A stretch of 64,000 bases of DNA, taken from Podarcis cretensis (taxonomy: Eukaryota). Shown here piece by piece: positions 62,916 through 64,000 of this stretch; position 1 is the stretch's first letter, and every line of letters starts with the position of its first letter. The stretch lies in contig OX638162.1 of assembly GCA_951804945.1 (NCBI GenBank), forward strand, positions 24,676,001 through 24,740,000, in the 5' to 3' direction. The notes under the pieces were generated by a model. That model was given only the letters and a program-made list of their open reading frames with translations, was not told where the DNA came from and made no database searches. Both the position numbers and the translations under genes were made by a program.

Positions 62916-63002
62916 TTCCATGAACAAACTTAGTTGGTCTATAAGGTGCTACTGGACAATTTATATATATATATCTCAATAGAACCTTTATGGATGTCAG
63001 GG

Positions 63003-63050
<48 letters not shown>

Positions 63051-64000
63051 GAAAAGGCAGTTGAAGTGAACCACCTCTGAAATTATTTTTAGGGTTAGTT
63101 TAGGCAGGTGCACAGATCACTTAATTTTTCAATGCCCAGCCTCTTAACACAGTTCAAGACCGGGGACTCATTGCCGGGGACCAAGCGCAGCCTTTGAGGC
63201 CCTACTGAGACCACACGCTCTCTTCCCAGACCACACACCTCACTGGTCCTGCTTCTCCCCCTTAGTGTTTTTGCCTGGCTGAACTGTATGTTAGCAATGC
63301 ATGGCAATCACAGATTAAGGAGGGAACTGGGTGGGACAAACCTGTGAATGAAGACATGTGAAGGTGATATAAATTGGGAACAGACTGATTTGTCCATTCC
63401 AACTTCAAGGGCCCCTGTTCAATTTAATTATTAGTCTACCACATTTAAAGACCCTCCGTTCCTCTGACAGAAGCACTGGGTGGCTAATGACAGGAAATCT
63501 AATTAGAATGCATTTCTATCATAGTAAAACCATCAATTGAAATCTATCAATTAGAAGCATAATTCTGTAATACCGTCCCGGTAAAATACCAAATTGAACT
63601 GGATTCAAAAGCCTGTTTTGAGCTGTATTTAAAATTTTCCACTGTGTGTGGGGGCAGTTAGATGTTCACTGGGGGGGGGGGGTCCCACATACAGGGCACC
63701 ACCACCAAGAATGCCCTGTCTTGCATCACCTGGATTCTGGTATGGATAGAATAAGAAGCAAAGCATCCTCCGCTGACTGTGATGTAGTGGTGGGGAATCT
63801 CAAGTTCTGGGGACCATTTATCTGGCTGTTGAGGCTTTCCTTCAGAGCTACATTCTTCACCAGCCCTGCTTTTCACTTTCCTTGAATGTTTTTGCCTGGC
63901 TGTAATGTGTCTTTGAAGTCATGTGGCTTGTGGAGGCAAACTGCCTCTGGCATATCACACTCTGCTTGTGAGATTTGCATTGGCTACCAATCTGCCACCA

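Larger units (their letters stand above)
62551..62960. mobile_element. Penelope-like terminal-repeat palindrome, interrupted by a MITE
   Basis: Left arm attgtccagtagcacctta...gtgtgcatgcacac is the reverse complement of the right arm once the MITE is removed. Confidence 0.8.

Noticed and set aside
1-64000. CRISPR arrays, operons, rRNA or prokaryotic systems
   Set aside because: Vertebrate genomic DNA; no regularly spaced repeat-spacer array or rRNA-like sequence seen

Overview
Eukaryotic, repeat-rich, almost entirely non-coding window from a squamate reptile. Sauria/Squam1 and Squam3 SINEs plus L2/CR1/L1 LINEs suggest a lacertid-type lizard (inference). The only host protein-coding signal I can support is one 49-nt exon at 4620-4668 (+) encoding MGNGHTVQPNEALIVS(G), a divergent flotillin-2 first exon with strong Kozak context and a GT donor at the conserved position. 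I could not find the next FLOT2 exons by eye in the remaining 59 kb. The rest is a mosaic of transposons, often nested: L1-clade LINEs (one young copy with an open ORF2 remnant, one twin-primed inversion), L2 and CR1 3' fragments, several SINE families, two solo LTRs, TA-, 8-bp- and 6-bp-TSD MITEs, and Penelope-type palindromes carrying a minimal hammerhead-like motif. Between the repeats lie roughly 15 repeat-free blocks rich in Pbx-Hox, Meis, Fox and TCF motifs that look like conserved non-coding elements; their conservation cannot be verified here. One assembly gap (26628-26767). Most short ORFs in the track are spurious or TE-derived. Repeat boundaries without target-site duplications (TSDs) are approximate.
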